Assembly (NCBI GenBank): GCA_036170655.1
Contig: JAVHPP010000060.1
Location: forward strand, 1-15,096
Source of the DNA: Candidatus Zixiibacteriota bacterium
Lineage (GTDB): Bacteria > Zixibacteria > MSB-5A5 > WJJR01
Length of the DNA: 15,096 nt
Reading direction: 5' to 3'
Both the position numbers and the translations under genes were made by a program. The notes under the pieces were generated by a model, which saw only the letters and a program-made list of their open reading frames with translations, was not told where the DNA came from and ran no database searches. Positions 12,460-15,096 of the stretch are shown here, in pieces. Positions within the stretch are counted from its first letter, which is position 1. Every line of letters starts with the position of its first letter.

Positions 12460-12942
12460 TCATTTACCAAGCCCTTCAACCAAACCGGGTTCCCGCGAAC
12501 CGCCGTCGGCGCCGGTCAGGATGACATCGATTCCCATGCTGCGTGCCGTTCCTTCGACCATGCGCATGCCAGCCTCAATGGAGGCAGCGTTGAGATCGGG
12601 CATCTTCCATTGCGCAATCTCGCGCACCTGATCCTTCGTCACCCGGGCAACCTTAGTGCGGCCGGGTTCCGCCGACGCCTTTTCCAACTTCGCCGCCCGT
12701 TTCAGGAGAATTGACGCCGGGGGGGTCTTGGTGACAAACGAGATCGATTTATCTTTATAGACCGTGATCAACACGGGGATGATCAGACCCACATCCTTCT
12801 GCGTCCTCGCGTTGAACGCCTTGCAAAACTCCATGATATTGACGCCATGCTGGCCAAGAGCAGGGCCGACCGGCGGCGCCGGGTTCGCATTTCCGGCGGG
12901 AATCTGCAGTTTGACAAATGCGGTGATTGGTTTGGTTGCCAA
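12460..12942 (-). CDS. rplK: 50S ribosomal protein L11, with C-terminal extension
   Basis: [64 protein letters not shown] start with GGGAG. Confidence 0.99.
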   Translation of the reverse strand: MATKPITAFVKLQIPAGNANPAPPVGPALGQHGVNIMEFCKAFNARTQKDVGLIIPVLITVYKDKSISFVTKTPPASILLKRAAKLEKASAEPGRTKVARVTKDQVREIAQWKMPDLNAASIEAGMRMVEGTARSMGIDVILTGADGGSREPGLVEGLGK

Positions 12943-12965
12943 GTTACGCTCCCGTTCGCCGGAAT

Positions 12966-13502
12966 CTATCCGGACTGAACCTGAAGAAAATCCAATTCAA
13001 CCGGTGTAGGACGTCCGAAGATCGACACCATCACCTTCACTTTTTTCCGTTCCAAGTTCACCTCGGAGACGAATCCCGAAAAATCATTGAACGGACCGTC
13101 AACCACTTTGACCTGATCGCCGACACGATACATCGCCTCGTCAACTTCCTTGATGCGGCTAGTATCCATCTGACCCAGAACGCGGTCGACTTCTTCCGGG
13201 GCGAGCGGCACAGGATGGCCCGCCGAGCCGACGAAATTGGTTATTCCCGGGGTATTGGTCACCAGATGCTGGGTCTGCTTGTCCAAATGCATCTCGATGA
13301 GGATGTACCCAGGGAGAAACTTTTTCATGGCCGAGGAGCGTTTGCCCTGGCGCATCTCGACGACTTCCTGGATCGGAACGACGATCCGTCCGAGGTGGTC
13401 TTCGATCCCTAAGTTGGCAAAAGCGCTTTCGAGATATTTCTGCGCCTTCTTTTCATGGCCCGAATAGGTGTGGGCCACATACCATTTCAGTTCTACGCTC
13501 AC
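12966..13502 (-). CDS. nusG: Transcription termination/antitermination factor NusG
   Basis: [37 protein letters not shown] domain [13 protein letters not shown]...[14 protein letters not shown]; the GTG start overlaps the secE stop (GTGA). Confidence 0.99.
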   Translation of the reverse strand: MSVELKWYVAHTYSGHEKKAQKYLESAFANLGIEDHLGRIVVPIQEVVEMRQGKRSSAMKKFLPGYILIEMHLDKQTQHLVTNTPGITNFVGSAGHPVPLAPEEVDRVLGQMDTSRIKEVDEAMYRVGDQVKVVDGPFNDFSGFVSEVNLERKKVKVMVSIFGRPTPVELDFLQVQSG

Positions 13503-13690
13503 CCGATCCCCAGAATTGTGCCAACACCACGAGCCAAGAGGAGATCAACGCCGAAAATAAAGAATCCCAGAATCAGCGAAACGACGACCGTGACCACCGT
13601 GGAACCCACCAATTCATCCTTGCTGGGCCAAGTGACCTTTTGTAATTCGGCCACTGTTTCATTCCAGTAGTTTCTTGCTGCTTCAACCAT
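13499..13690 (-). CDS. secE: Preprotein translocase subunit SecE (single-TM type)
   Basis: [13 protein letters not shown] motif followed by one hydrophobic helix; lies between tRNA-Trp and nusG. Confidence 0.97.
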   Translation of the reverse strand: MVEAARNYWNETVAELQKVTWPSKDELVGSTVVTVVVSLILGFFIFGVDLLLARGVGTILGIG

Positions 13691-13719
13691 AAATCGCCTT
13701 CCACTTCATCTCTTAACAG

Positions 13720-13793
13720 CAGGCCTGGAGGGACTTGAACCCCCAGCCCCCGGTTTTGGAGACCGGTGCTCTAACCAATTGAGCTACAGGCCT
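13720..13793 (-). tRNA. tRNA-Trp (anticodon CCA), 3' CCA not encoded
   Basis: AGGCCTGTAGCTCAATTGGTTAGAGCACCGGTCTCCAAAACCGGGGGCTGGGGGTTCAAGTCCCTCCAGGCCTG: acceptor AGGCCTG/CAGGCCT, D arm GCTC/GAGC, anticodon arm CCGGT-CTCCAAA-ACCGG, T loop TTCAAGT, discriminator G followed by CTG. Confidence 0.98.
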
Positions 13794-13845
13794 GTCGATG
13801 GCCGTGCCGACCGGACTCCGCCGGATCTCTGGTACACCCCGCGGG

Positions 13846-13998
13846 TCAGCGCGTTTCTTTGTGCGCTGTGTGCCGCCGACAAAACGGGCAGTACTTGCGG
13901 AAGCTGACCCGATCCGGATGCGTGCGCCGGTTCTTGGTATCGGTATAGTTCCGGTTCTTGCACTCGTCGCACGCCAGTGTAATGATCTCTCGCGGCAT
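13846..13998 (-). CDS. rpmG: 50S ribosomal protein L33, zinc-ribbon (C+) form; not in the ORF track
   Basis: Hand translation: [50 protein letters not shown] (50 aa) with two CxxC pairs; canonical position between tuf and tRNA-Trp. Confidence 0.98.
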   Translation of the reverse strand: MPREIITLACDECKNRNYTDTKNRRTHPDRVSFRKYCPFCRRHTAHKETR

Positions 13999-14093
13999 CG
14001 ATCAGGCCCCACATTCCGTTCCGTTAACATTTCCGACAGGACGGGCACCCATAGAGAAGAGTATCCCGCCGTCTCCCCCAGCCCTCAACCCGA

Positions 14094-15096
14094 TTATTCA
14101 ATAATATCAGCGATCACGCCGGAGCCGACGGTTCGGCCACCCTCGCGGATCGCAAAGCGCAACCCCTTCTCCATGGCAATGGGCGTGATCAGTTCGGCTT
14201 CGATGGCCACCCTGTCGCCCGGCATGACCATTTCTGTGCCCGTCGGCAACGTGGCCACCCCGGTCACATCGGTCGTACGGAAATAGAATTGGGGGCGATA
14301 TCCGGTGAAAAAGGGCGTGTGGCGCCCACCCTCTTCCTTGGTCAGAATGTAGACCTCGCCCTTGAACTTGGTATGCGGCGTGATGGAACCCGGCTTCGCC
14401 AGAACCATCCCGCGCTCCAAGTCGTCCTTTTCAATGCCGCGCAGAAGCAGACCCACATTGTCCCCCGCCTCGGCAGCATCAAGGATTTTGCGGAACATTT
14501 CCACGCCGGTCACAACCGTCTTGCGGGTCTCCTTGATACCAATGCGCTCAACCTCATCGCCCACCTTGACAGAGCCACGCTCGACACGGCCCGTGCCGAC
14601 GGTGCCGCGGCCGGTGATCGAGAATACGTCCTCGACCGGCATGAGAAACGGCTTTTCCTTGTCGCGCTGCGGAACCGGGATATAGTCGTCAACGGCCTTC
14701 ATCAGCTCGTAGATGCACTGGAAGGACGGATCGTCTTTCACATCGGTTGCAGCCGCCTGCATCGCCTTGAGGGCCGACCCCCGGATGAAGGGAATATCAT
14801 CACCGGGGAAATCGTACTGGTTCAGCAGGTCGCGCATCTCGAGTTCGACCAGATCGAGCAACTCGGGGTCATCGACCATATCGACTTTATTCATAAAGAC
14901 AATGATGTAGGGCACACCGACCTGACGGGCGAGCAGGATATGCTCACGCGTCTGCGGCATGGGGCCGTCGGCTGCCGAGACCACGACAATGGCGCCATCC
15001 ATCTGCGCCGCGCCCGTAATCATGTTCTTCACATAATCGGCGTGACCCGGACAGTCCACGTGGGCGTAGTGCCGCTTGTCGGTCTCGTACTCAACG
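14094..15096 (-). CDS. tuf: Elongation factor Tu, 5'-truncated by the window edge
   Basis: The frame continues to the edge ([34 protein letters not shown]), then [40 protein letters not shown]. Confidence 0.99.
   Translation of the reverse strand, partial: VEYETDKRHYAHVDCPGHADYVKNMITGAAQMDGAIVVVSAADGPMPQTREHILLARQVGVPYIIVFMNKVDMVDDPELLDLVELEMRDLLNQYDFPGDDIPFIRGSALKAMQAAATDVKDDPSFQCIYELMKAVDDYIPVPQRDKEKPFLMPVEDVFSITGRGTVGTGRVERGSVKVGDEVERIGIKETRKTVVTGVEMFRKILDAAEAGDNVGLLLRGIEKDDLERGMVLAKPGSITPHTKFKGEVYILTKEEGGRHTPFFTGYRPQFYFRTTDVTGVATLPTGTEMVMPGDRVAIEAELITPIAMEKGLRFAIREGGRTVGSGVIADIIE

Noticed and set aside
13691..13845. tRNA-Trp as an integration site
   Set aside because: There is no duplicated tRNA 3' end, integrase or inserted DNA; secE follows 29 bp downstream.
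13713..14048. Minus-strand ORFs 13713-14048 and 13784-14014
   Set aside because: They are alternative frames over rpmG and tRNA-Trp; the real CDS is 13846-13998.
14094..15059. tuf starting at GTG 15059 as in the ORF track
   Set aside because: That codon is the internal Val of HVDCPGH; the gene begins beyond the window edge.

Overview
This is a core housekeeping window, about 60% GC by spot counts, read almost entirely on the minus strand. It is the transcription/translation supercluster tuf(partial)-rpmG-tRNA-Trp-secE-nusG-rplK-rplA-rplJ-rplL-rpoB-rpoC-rpsL-rpsG-fusA(partial). The proteins look most like those of a Gemmatimonadota/FCB-candidate-type bacterium; this is an impression from memory, not a search result. 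Two genes are missing from the ORF track: rpmG (13846-13998) and fusA (GTG at 1242, frame open to the window edge). I see no mobile element, CRISPR array, defence island or new multi-gene system. Five smaller points stand out. (1) EF-G homology stops abruptly at ~169, and bases 1-~180 are 76% GC plus-strand coding DNA, most likely a chimeric assembly join. (2) An L1-binding-type RNA element sits before rplA with its two strands in reversed order. (3) L10 carries a 33-bp-period duplication in its L12-binding helix. (4) L11 has a ~19-aa C-terminal extension. (5) Long structured spacers precede fusA and rpoB. The long plus-strand ORFs are antisense shadows.
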